From IMG/VR virus record IMGVR_UViG_3300037602_000058, positions 1 to 43,032 of that record: a stretch of 43,032 bases of DNA. One strand, written 5' to 3'. A program made the translations under genes and the position numbers. The DNA is from a virus. Taxonomy: Duplodnaviria; Caudoviricetes. Under the pieces are notes generated by a model. That model was not told where the DNA came from and searched no databases. It saw nothing but the letters and a program-made list of their open reading frames with translations. Of the stretch, positions 35,584 through 43,032 are shown piece by piece. The stretch's first letter is position 1, and every line of letters starts with the position of its first letter.

Positions 35584-35944
35584 TTGTCACTTCGACACAC
35601 AAGGCGCCGTCCCAACCGTCTTGCGTAAACCACTTCGTGGTGCTTTCAATCTGGTATGTTTTGCCGCCGTACTCAAGCAAATCCCCCGTAGCGCCCCGGC
35701 GAACCTCATTGAAGTTCGCCGAAGCATAGAACACGGCGTAATTTTTCGTCATGTCGAGCCCCAGCGTTTGCATCATATCGGCGGAAACCGGTTGAAAACT
35801 GCCGGCGATGTCCACGGGATCCGCCCATGTCGGCACGTTAAAACCCGCAGCGTTTTGGGTTTCCCCCTGAAAGACGCGAAGCCCCACGGTTTGCGCCCCC
35901 ACAAGCCCCAATGCCATCTGCAGAATGTTTGAACCTGGTATCAT
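35576..35944 (-). CDS. head closure/collar protein
   Basis: IPGSNIL..A, GSFQPV, GD...YGG..Y, W..QDGW; synteny. Confidence 0.75.
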   Translation of the reverse strand: MIPGSNILQMALGLVGAQTVGLRVFQGETQNAAGFNVPTWADPVDIAGSFQPVSADMMQTLGLDMTKNYAVFYASANFNEVRRGATGDLLEYGGKTYQIESTTKWFTQDGWDGALCVEVTNA

Positions 35945-36390
35945 GCCGTCTTTTCCACTTTGCCGGTTACGGACTGCAGCATTTGCCCCGTGTCGACAAG
36001 GGGCTTGCTCGAGCCTTTGCGTGCCACCGTCGCGGGGGAAAGGGGCGGGCTTGTCACCGCCACGATCTTCTCCGCAACGTTCGCCGCCGCGCCCAGGGCC
36101 ACAAGCTCGAGAACCGACGCCGGGGGCGGTCCGCCCGTAAGCGAAGCCTTCGCGCCGTCTGCTAGCTGTTCAAGCCACTGTTGCCCGTTATCAGACACGG
36201 CCGGGCGCATGAACGGGCGCGCCGGGATCCGGGCCGTTCCAAACTCATGGATAGTGGCGACGTAAGCGACGGGGGTTCCATCCGGGTACGCGGCGGTTTC
36301 AAACCACCCCACTTTCCCCTCTAGCCCGTCGAAATCTTTCAGGATCCGCACCACCTGGTTTGTGCCCGGCCCTTCGCGCCGGACGGTCAC
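35941..36390 (-). CDS. neck/tail-completion protein
   Basis: KVGW, HEFGT..IPARPFMRP, KPLVDTGQM; GTG 36390 overlapping upstream TAG. Confidence 0.8.
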   Translation of the reverse strand: MTVRREGPGTNQVVRILKDFDGLEGKVGWFETAAYPDGTPVAYVATIHEFGTARIPARPFMRPAVSDNGQQWLEQLADGAKASLTGGPPPASVLELVALGAAANVAEKIVAVTSPPLSPATVARKGSSKPLVDTGQMLQSVTGKVEKTA

Positions 36391-36833
36391 TAGAACCGCC
36401 CCCCGGCTTTGCGGTACCCGCGCCGTTCGGTCGACCCGCCAATATACAGGCCCCCCGCGGATGTGCGGGACAGCAACGCCCACAACTGCAGGCCGTAGGG
36501 CGTCGACGCCAACCAGTACCGCCAACCGGACGAAACCGGCGGGGGCGTCATGGAAACCGACACTTTGTCCACGGTGGCGCTTTGCAGCACGCCGACGTTC
36601 GGCGTTGCGCCCCCACCCGTGATAATGACGTTTGTCTGCGTGAGGTGCGCAGTCATAAGGTTTAGCGCCAGCTGCAGTTCATCCCCCGCCAAAAGCGGCC
36701 CGTCGTACTTGCCCAGATAGACCCCTGCGGCCGTCCATTGCGCATTAAGATACGCGTCGGGGAAAGTCGTGGCATTAGAAAACGCCGGGTAAAGCTGCCG
36801 GAATGTGGGGATGTCGAAAACGTGTTCTGCCAT
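36390..36833 (-). CDS. head-tail adaptor (DUF4054-like)
   Basis: FR..YPAF, L.L.TAH, SATVDKVSVS, WLASTPYG. Confidence 0.85.
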   Translation of the reverse strand: MAEHVFDIPTFRQLYPAFSNATTFPDAYLNAQWTAAGVYLGKYDGPLLAGDELQLALNLMTAHLTQTNVIITGGGATPNVGVLQSATVDKVSVSMTPPPVSSGWRYWLASTPYGLQLWALLSRTSAGGLYIGGSTERRGYRKAGGRF

Positions 36834-36844
36834 CGGGCGTCCTC

Positions 36845-36875
36845 AAAACGAAACCGCCCGCATGATAGCGGGCGG
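36845..36875 (-). terminator. intrinsic terminator-like hairpin
   Basis: CCGCCCGC-TATCAT-GCGGGCGG-TTTCGTTTT. Confidence 0.65.
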
Positions 36876-36900
36876 CGGGGGTGGTGGCAAGCGGGCCGGA

Positions 36901-37320
36901 TCAGGCCTTGCGGCTGTTCTTCGGCGCGGCCGGTGGCTTGCTGGCGGCGTCCGGATCCGTGTTCGTCTTCGGCTTCTGATCGTCCGAAAAGTCCTGCTCG
37001 ACCAGCGGCGCGGCATCGTCGCGCGTCGTCATGTCTGCGGCGACCTTTTCGGGGTCCGCGGATTTCTTCTCGACCTTGATGAAACCGCCCTTGCGGTGAA
37101 GCTGGAACACTTCGTTTTCTTCCAGCAATGTCATTTCTTCGTCGGAAACTCCCGTCATAACGCCAATCGGCGTCCGCATGTACTTGTCCGGGATGTTCGA
37201 GCCGCCGGCGATATAAACCTGCGCGAGAACGCGGGGCAAGTCACTGCCGCCCGCGGCCGTGCGCGTGTAAACCTGCGGCGCGGTGAGTGTGGAAAAAACG
37301 TAATGGGTGGTTTTCGACAT
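36901..37320 (-). CDS. conserved virion-associated protein after the capsid gene
   Basis: YVFSTL, IAGG, TP.GV.T.V, F..H.K.GFI. Confidence 0.75.
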   Translation of the reverse strand: MSKTTHYVFSTLTAPQVYTRTAAGGSDLPRVLAQVYIAGGSNIPDKYMRTPIGVMTGVSDEEMTLLEENEVFQLHRKGGFIKVEKKSADPEKVAADMTTRDDAAPLVEQDFSDDQKPKTNTDPDAASKPPAAPKNSRKA

Positions 37321-37341
37321 GGGGGTTACCTTTTGGTTTGG

Positions 37342-37382
37342 AACAAAAACGCCCGCGCAGCATAACCACGCGGGCGTCTTTT
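37342..37382 (-). terminator. terminator after major capsid gene
   Basis: ACGCCCGCG...CGCGGGCGT-TTTTGTT. Confidence 0.75.
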
Positions 37383-37398
37383 GGCAATGACGCGCTGG

Positions 37399-38508
37399 TC
37401 AGATCCCGGAATAACGGACGACGGCCCACGGACGCTTGAGCATAACGCCCGCCGTCGCGTTGGTGAAGTCCTCAAGATACGACTTTGCGCGCTGTTCGAC
37501 GCCCAGGCTTTTCAGCTTGGCGGGCACGATCTGGTCAAATACCCGGCTGCCGTCGCTCGAACCGTCGTCGACCGTTTCGGCGTGCAGGTAGAACACATTC
37601 GCCCCACCGTTCGCGCCGTCGAGTTCGGGGACCGGCACAATCCGCATATTCGGGTAGGTTTTCCGGATCCAGTCATAGACCGAAATTCCGAAATCCGACG
37701 TTACGGACAGCATGTCGACCGCGGCCGACGCGACCGACAGCACAAGGTTTGTGCGGGCCGGGTCGATCGTCGAGCCCGAACGGGCACGAAGCGCCGCAGC
37801 CGCCACGCGAATGTCCGCGGTGATCTGCAGAAACGTTTTCACGGCCCAGGTCGTGCCGGAACCCGGGTTGGCCACGGTCACGTAAGCCGGCAGGTTGGGG
37901 TCATTGAGGTAGCCGAACGTCCGGCCGTCGCCTGACATGAAACCATAAAAACCAATGCGGTTTCGCAGAATTTCAAGCGCAAGCGTTGCCGACAGCCGTT
38001 TTTCAGCCGCGGTATTCAGGTTCGGCATGCGCCCGGCGCGGTCCTCTTCAAGCCGGCTTACGGAAAAGCCCTGCTCGAAGCGAACGACCGTACGGCGTTC
38101 GTACGACGGGTTCCAGGACGCCAGCGGCACGTTGCCGGTGTCGGTGTACGGAACCGCCGAACCCGTCGGCTCAAGAACCGTCTGGATAACCTCTTCGTCC
38201 GACCATTGGCCGCCGACCGACATGCCGACAATCTCGTCAATGACGCGGGCCGCCGTGATGGTGCGGACAAGGCCCGGAAGCCACGTCTGCAGGTACTGGA
38301 CGGGAACGGCCATGGTGGCCGCGCCGATTGTCGGCTGCAGGACGTTGGCGTCCATGGCGGCCGCCATCTGGTTGATGTGGCGCGTATCGAGAACAATGCC
38401 CAGCTGGGCAAGGTCCGGATAATCGCCAACCTGGGCGGCGTCCATGGCGAACGGCCCCTTGAGCATCGTTGATGCCGCGATGTGAGCAATGATTGCGGTG
38501 TTTTTCAT
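37399..38508 (-). CDS. major capsid protein (DUF2184-like)
   Basis: QYLQTWLPG, ERRTVVRFEQG, RN.IGFYG, G.LNDPNLP, NATAGVMLKRPWAV.RYSGI; ATG 38508 with AGGAGG. Confidence 0.9.
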   Translation of the reverse strand: MKNTAIIAHIAASTMLKGPFAMDAAQVGDYPDLAQLGIVLDTRHINQMAAAMDANVLQPTIGAATMAVPVQYLQTWLPGLVRTITAARVIDEIVGMSVGGQWSDEEVIQTVLEPTGSAVPYTDTGNVPLASWNPSYERRTVVRFEQGFSVSRLEEDRAGRMPNLNTAAEKRLSATLALEILRNRIGFYGFMSGDGRTFGYLNDPNLPAYVTVANPGSGTTWAVKTFLQITADIRVAAAALRARSGSTIDPARTNLVLSVASAAVDMLSVTSDFGISVYDWIRKTYPNMRIVPVPELDGANGGANVFYLHAETVDDGSSDGSRVFDQIVPAKLKSLGVEQRAKSYLEDFTNATAGVMLKRPWAVVRYSGI

Positions 38509-38509
38509 G

Positions 38510-39073
38510 TTAGGCGACCGCCTCCTGCGGATCAACGTTGGAATTGAACGCCACGACGGCAAGGCCGGCGGCGGCGCTTTCGTACCGGACGACACGGCCG
38601 CCGGGGACGCGGGTGCTGTCCGCCGGGATGTTGTCGAAGCCCGGGGAAGCGGTGATCAGAACACCGGTGGCCGTGGTGTAATAGAGCCAGTCCCCGACAC
38701 TGCACGCCGCGCCCAGCGCGACGACCATTCCGGCGGTTTCCTGGATCAGTTCAACCATGGTGTCGTTTGGCAACACGATCGAAGATGCGAGCGTGTCGCC
38801 GGCGGTTCCGGAAAGCGGGTAGTTTTTCGGCATTGCGAGAATGCCGGCGAAAACCCCGGACTGCCCCGCCTGGACGTCGAGCGGCTGCGGGTCTGCAGCG
38901 GTTTCAAACGATGCGGTGGCGTCGTCCTTGATGGAAAACGCCCGGCCCACGACATTGTTTGCGGCGCTGGCGCTGTCCAGCCGGCCGGGCTGCGCGCGCA
39001 GCGGGCCGTCGAGAAAAATCTCGCCCGGTACGCCGAAACCGATATTGCGGGCAACGGTTGACTGAAAAGTCAT
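38510..39073 (-). CDS. capsid cement/decoration protein
   Basis: MTFQSTV....GFGVPGE...DGP.RA; between protease and capsid genes. Confidence 0.75.
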   Translation of the reverse strand: MTFQSTVARNIGFGVPGEIFLDGPLRAQPGRLDSASAANNVVGRAFSIKDDATASFETAADPQPLDVQAGQSGVFAGILAMPKNYPLSGTAGDTLASSIVLPNDTMVELIQETAGMVVALGAACSVGDWLYYTTATGVLITASPGFDNIPADSTRVPGGRVVRYESAAAGLAVVAFNSNVDPQEAVA

Positions 39074-39076
39074 GGT

Positions 39077-40204
39077 TCAAGCTCCTGTGTATTCGGCGAC
39101 CGACGCGGAAAGCGCCGAAGTCTTGCCGTCGGTTGCGATCTTGTGCGGCGCGGGGACCGAACGAACCTGCAGCGCCGCGTCAAGCGCGACCGCTTCGGCG
39201 CCCTTCGGAACGTCTTTCAGCCCCAGCTTTTCGACGCCGTATTTCACGACCGCGTCAAACGTCATGGCCGCGTGATCGAACGTCCCGACGTGCTGGGCAA
39301 GGCGTTCCGCCAGGCTGGTCTTGCGCGCCAGCGTCTTGATCACGGCGGCCTCGTCGAGCACGACCATCCCCGAAACCTTGCTCTTGAGGTCCGCGAGTTC
39401 CTTGAAAACGGCGTCCATGGCGGCGTTTTCCCCGCCCTCGTCTTCGTCCTCGTCTTCGGCGGCTGCTGCCGCGGCGGCCTCTTCGGCGTCCTTGGCCGCT
39501 TTTTCCTCGGCGGCGGCGGCGGCGGCCTCTTCGGCGTCCTTGGCCGCTTTTTCCTCGTCGGTCATTTCCGACTTTTCGTCGTACTTGTCGGCGGCGGCCG
39601 CCTCCAGCGCATCCATCCGGGCCGCGAGTACGGCAAGCATTTCCTTAATTTCGTCCATGGCGGGTTCGAGCTCCTTTGCATCAACCGTGAAAACCATTTG
39701 ATCCAGGACCGAAACGGACGGCCCCATGCGCCCCTCTTTGACAAGTGCCAAATGATTTCCCCGAAGCTGGCGCTGGACGGCGTCGTACTTTTGCCCGTTC
39801 CATTCGCCAGGGGTGAAATCATAAACGCACCGGTACCCGCAGGACAGTTCCTTTTTACCATTTTTGATCTTTTCGGCAAGCGCGCCGCTAAAAATCTTGA
39901 GGTTGGCTGTCATGACGCCATCGGTAACTTTGACATTTTCCCCGATTACACCGTCCACGCCCACCTCTTCGGCCGGCGTCGCGCCTTCGCCAAGCATGGT
40001 GTGGTCATCAATGATCGGCATAAGCTGGAAGCTTGCCAGCGTGTCCGGGTGCGCCAGTTCCTCGGCCGGGCGGTACACTTGGTAAATGCGGTCTTTGTCC
40101 TCGGCGCCGATCTGGGCGCCGGAATACGGAAATATGCCTTCCCGGCTGATTGGGTTGTCCCGAACCAGGAAAAACGAATTTATGTCGTACTCTCGCGCCG
40201 TCAC
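39077..40204 (-). CDS. prohead protease/scaffold (DUF2213-like)
   Basis: NPISREGIFPY, VYRPAEEL, KKELSCGY, GNHLALV.EGR.G; acidic scaffold tail; GTGA start 40204. Confidence 0.9.
   Translation of the reverse strand: MTAREYDINSFFLVRDNPISREGIFPYSGAQIGAEDKDRIYQVYRPAEELAHPDTLASFQLMPIIDDHTMLGEGATPAEEVGVDGVIGENVKVTDGVMTANLKIFSGALAEKIKNGKKELSCGYRCVYDFTPGEWNGQKYDAVQRQLRGNHLALVKEGRMGPSVSVLDQMVFTVDAKELEPAMDEIKEMLAVLAARMDALEAAAADKYDEKSEMTDEEKAAKDAEEAAAAAAEEKAAKDAEEAAAAAAAEDEDEDEGGENAAMDAVFKELADLKSKVSGMVVLDEAAVIKTLARKTSLAERLAQHVGTFDHAAMTFDAVVKYGVEKLGLKDVPKGAEAVALDAALQVRSVPAPHKIATDGKTSALSASVAEYTGA
39471..39557. repeat. 48-bp-period tandem duplication (EEKAAKDAEEAAAAAA x2)
   Basis: 39 identical bp at 39471-39509 and 39519-39557. 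Confidence 0.9.
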
Positions 40205-41082
40205 TTCGTTGTTTCCTCGGCCTTGAATTCGATAACCGGAACCATGCGGCACCGGCAGTTGATCAGCTGACCAGGCAAACCCCTTTCGCCGGTTCGGTCG
40301 TCGATTACGGGCGGTTCGTCTAGCGAATACACGTTACCGTTCAAAACGTTTTTATGCAACGGGCGCGGCTCTTTACCCCCGCCCGAATGCAGCCACTTGA
40401 ATTTGCGCACGCCCAGGCCTTGCATTCGCGCGCGGTTTATGGCCGTCGTTGCCTTGCTGGTTTGGTCGCGGGCGATCAGCGCGGCGCGGTTTTTCGTGAT
40501 GTTGTAGCGCTTTTCCAAAAACGGCTGCAGATCCGCCATGCCGCGCCCCGATTGGATCGACCGCATAACCGCGCCTTCGATTTCCAAAAAGTATTCTTCG
40601 GGGATGGACTTGATCAGCGCCACGTTTTGGCGGATTGACGCCCTGATCACATCGGCGACGGCGCCGCCCACCACATCCGTTTTCAGCGTAACGCCGCCCG
40701 ACAGTTCTTTCAAACTGCCCTTGAGCGAAATTGCAGACTGCCGGTCGACGCCCTTTGCAAGCGCTTCGGCAAGACCGCCGGCCAAATCCGAAAACAGCAC
40801 ATTGAACCGTTTGCGCAGCGCCCGCAAAAGCCGATCGGCCATGCTGGCAAAACTGGCGTCCTGGGCAACGCCCGGCGCAGACGGTGCGGTGTAGAGCCTC
40901 CGGATTTCCCGGTTGGTTCGTTCGGCCATGATCCGGACGGCTTTTTGGAGCGTCGCGTTAAAACGCGCTTCGGCCGCGTCGGGCGCCGCAAGCGCTTTCC
41001 CCTCAAACGTCGCCGACCCGCGCCCTTCGGCCCAGCGCTTACGCGTCGGGGTCAACCGGATCTTGCGCGCCTGGGTCGCCAA
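40201..41082 (-). CDS. minor head morphogenesis protein (Mu gpF/SPP1 gp7-like)
   Basis: RAALIARDQT.K, W.HS...EPR..H, PGQLINCRC; TTG start 41082 inferred. Confidence 0.88.
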   Translation of the reverse strand: MATQARKIRLTPTRKRWAEGRGSATFEGKALAAPDAAEARFNATLQKAVRIMAERTNREIRRLYTAPSAPGVAQDASFASMADRLLRALRKRFNVLFSDLAGGLAEALAKGVDRQSAISLKGSLKELSGGVTLKTDVVGGAVADVIRASIRQNVALIKSIPEEYFLEIEGAVMRSIQSGRGMADLQPFLEKRYNITKNRAALIARDQTSKATTAINRARMQGLGVRKFKWLHSGGGKEPRPLHKNVLNGNVYSLDEPPVIDDRTGERGLPGQLINCRCRMVPVIEFKAEETTK

Positions 41083-42562
41083 GGTCGTCCCCCTCTTCGT
41101 CGTCAACGTCGGGCGCCTCGAGTTTTTCAAGGTCCGTGTAATTGGAATTCGGATCCGACCGCAGTCGGTTACGGATGTCCATGGCGTCGATCGCCCCGGT
41201 CAACTGCAAAATGTTGTCGGTTTCAGCGTTCAACCGCGAGATTTCCGCGTATTCCTTGGCCGTCGGGCTGTCCACCGGCGCCCAGTCGATTTCAATCCGG
41301 GTCGAGCCCGGCGAAAGCCCCATGTCCGGTTCGATTTCCGAACGCATGACAAGGATGTGGTGGCGGTTCACAAACTCGGTCAAGTCGTTTGCCTGGATCG
41401 TTTCCAGTTCTTCGTGATAACTTTCCGCCTCGTATTCGCCGGTTGCGTTGAACCCCTTCGGCGTCGTGCCCAGCAATTTGGTTGCCGGGACGCCCGCAGC
41501 TGCGGCAACTATCTGATATTGCGTCATGATCACGCTATCCAGATCGCCCAGCGCCGTGTCGAACTGCTGGATGGTGTCGTCCGTGTCGGCAACCTTGATC
41601 CCGAAATTGTCCCGGTAGTAAGCCCATTGCTGCATATGCTCAAGAAACTTGCCCTGGTTGGCGTATGCTTCGCCCAGGTCCGTGTTTTGGACGGTGAGCC
41701 GTTTCGACTGCGCCAGCTGCGGGCCTTCGTTTGCGGTCCGTTCCGCCGCATAGACGCGTTCAAGAATTCGTTGGGGTACCGAAACGCCGCCGTAATTATA
41801 CATCGGTTTCAGCACGTCGGGCAGTTCCCCGGTACGGAAAATGCAAAGGTGGGACCGATGATATTTGCGCCCGTTGATCAGCCACCATTCGGGCTCATAA
41901 AAATGCATGCTTGACGGGTCGCTGGCAGCCTCGGCCGACAGCAACGGCACGCACCAATACGGGTCCACCTGGACAATGCCTTGATAAGAGCCGGGCGTGA
42001 TCCCGTCCGGGTTGAACGGGTTTTCATAGTATTCCGGGGTCGCCCCCTTGATCTTGAAAAACGCGACGCGGACGCCGAAAATCCGGCCCATGCGCACAAA
42101 CTCGCGCATGTTCGCGGGCAGCTTGTGCCGGCGGTCTGCGCGTTTGATTTTTTCTGAAATGTCTGCGGTTTGCTCGTCGGTGAGCGGGGTTTTTTCGCCA
42201 TAAGCCTGGATGTCGAAACCGTGCCGGATCGCGTCGCGGGCGGGCATCGTGCAAGCTTTGTCGACCAACCAATGCTGCGCGACCGTCGCGCACGTCTGAT
42301 ACCCGATAAAGCGTTGCGACGCGTACCAGCCCACCAATTCGTCGGGCAGCGCGGAAAGCCCCAGCTTGAAACTTACGGCCCCGCCCGATGCCTCGTCCAT
42401 GGCCACGACCTTAGCCGGCTGCGCCTCGATCGCCTGATTGAAGCTTTGAATGGCCGCCTGGGCGATCGCCGGCGTGGCGCCGTGCGTCAAAAAAGCCCCC
42501 CGACGCGCTGGGGCTTCGGGGGTTTTAGTTGGCGGGGCAGACTTGCGCGGAAAAGGCCACAT
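41039..42562 (-). CDS. portal protein (DUF1073-like)
   Basis: FIGYQ.C...AQHWLVDKAC..PA.DA.R.G, GVPATKLLG..PKGFNATGE. Confidence 0.92.
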   Translation of the reverse strand: MWPFPRKSAPPTKTPEAPARRGAFLTHGATPAIAQAAIQSFNQAIEAQPAKVVAMDEASGGAVSFKLGLSALPDELVGWYASQRFIGYQTCATVAQHWLVDKACTMPARDAIRHGFDIQAYGEKTPLTDEQTADISEKIKRADRRHKLPANMREFVRMGRIFGVRVAFFKIKGATPEYYENPFNPDGITPGSYQGIVQVDPYWCVPLLSAEAASDPSSMHFYEPEWWLINGRKYHRSHLCIFRTGELPDVLKPMYNYGGVSVPQRILERVYAAERTANEGPQLAQSKRLTVQNTDLGEAYANQGKFLEHMQQWAYYRDNFGIKVADTDDTIQQFDTALGDLDSVIMTQYQIVAAAAGVPATKLLGTTPKGFNATGEYEAESYHEELETIQANDLTEFVNRHHILVMRSEIEPDMGLSPGSTRIEIDWAPVDSPTAKEYAEISRLNAETDNILQLTGAIDAMDIRNRLRSDPNSNYTDLEKLEAPDVDDEEGDDLGDPGAQDPVDPDA

Positions 42563-42587
42563 CAAAAACAGATCCTATGATGCGGCC

Positions 42588-42616
42588 AATATGCCGCGCG
42601 CGGGGTCCGGCGTCAA
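42588..42616 (-). promoter_or_regulatory. putative promoter of the portal/structural operon (no palindrome)
   Basis: TTGACG-17-CATATT; resembles the terS promoter. Confidence 0.55.
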
Positions 42617-42963
42617 CCGTTGCCGAACCGGACCAGCTGGCGACAACGGTTCGGCCCCTGTTCCTTGGCGGCGGCCAGATACGCGTCCGGATCCACGATA
42701 AGCCCGGGCACGTCAACGTCCAGCCCTTCAACCGCGGCGTCGATCGCCTGGCGTTCGGCTTTTTCGGCACGGTTACGCGCCGCCGTCAAAACCGGGTGCG
42801 TGTCGGCAAATGCTTTCCGTATCTCCGCGACAACCTGCAATCGGGCCTCGGCGGCTTCCCGGGTTTCGAAACGCCCGCGACAATCGGCGGCCCGGGCGTG
42901 GGTGTTTTCCCCGTCTTCGGTCGTGCCGTAATACCGGCGGGGTTTCGCCGTGGTCACGCGCAT
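42613..42963 (-). CDS. hypothetical protein
   Basis: 116-aa ORF; frame stays open to the window end, so the true start may be upstream. Confidence 0.65.
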   Translation of the reverse strand: MRVTTAKPRRYYGTTEDGENTHARAADCRGRFETREAAEARLQVVAEIRKAFADTHPVLTAARNRAEKAERQAIDAAVEGLDVDVPGLIVDPDAYLAAAKEQGPNRCRQLVRFGNG

Positions 42964-43032
42964 GATTTCGAACCCGCCGGCCCACCACTTCGGTTTGATC
43001 GTCCAGAAAAGCGTCGGTTTAGCCCTCGGTCC

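Noticed and set aside
41039-42562. DUF1073 protein as a stand-alone anti-defence factor
   Set aside because: Size and position ahead of head genes fit a portal; no extra domain evident.

Overview
The window looks like an essentially complete, circularly permuted genome (43 kb, GC-rich) of a contractile-tailed phage with Bcep781/OP2-like architecture. The host is probably an alphaproteobacterium (inference from promoter style and gene families). The minus strand carries portal, head, sheath/tube, tape measure, baseplate and fibre genes (42562->22271), then a PAPS-reductase-like gene, helicase, VRR-NUC, TetR-like regulator, primase-helicase and a lysis cassette (16876->6806), and terS/terL interrupted by small genes (5331->1). 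The plus strand carries a replication arm (Cas4-like nuclease, SSB, family A DNA polymerase; 16960-22267) and two genes beside an AT-rich, repeat-laden ori-like region (5369-5720). I recognised no integrase, CI repressor, tRNA or CRISPR. The most striking signal is non-coding. (i) Eight copies of a palindrome, WTGACG-N4-YGTCAW, mostly overlap sigma70 -35 boxes. (ii) Six genes share the leader GGAGTTGGC just before ATG. (iii) A predicted ~75-nt small RNA upstream of the endolysin has a hairpin loop (UUUGCCAAC) complementary to that leader. Together these suggest an operator plus antisense-RNA regulatory circuit. All product calls come from motif and synteny recognition; no searches were run.
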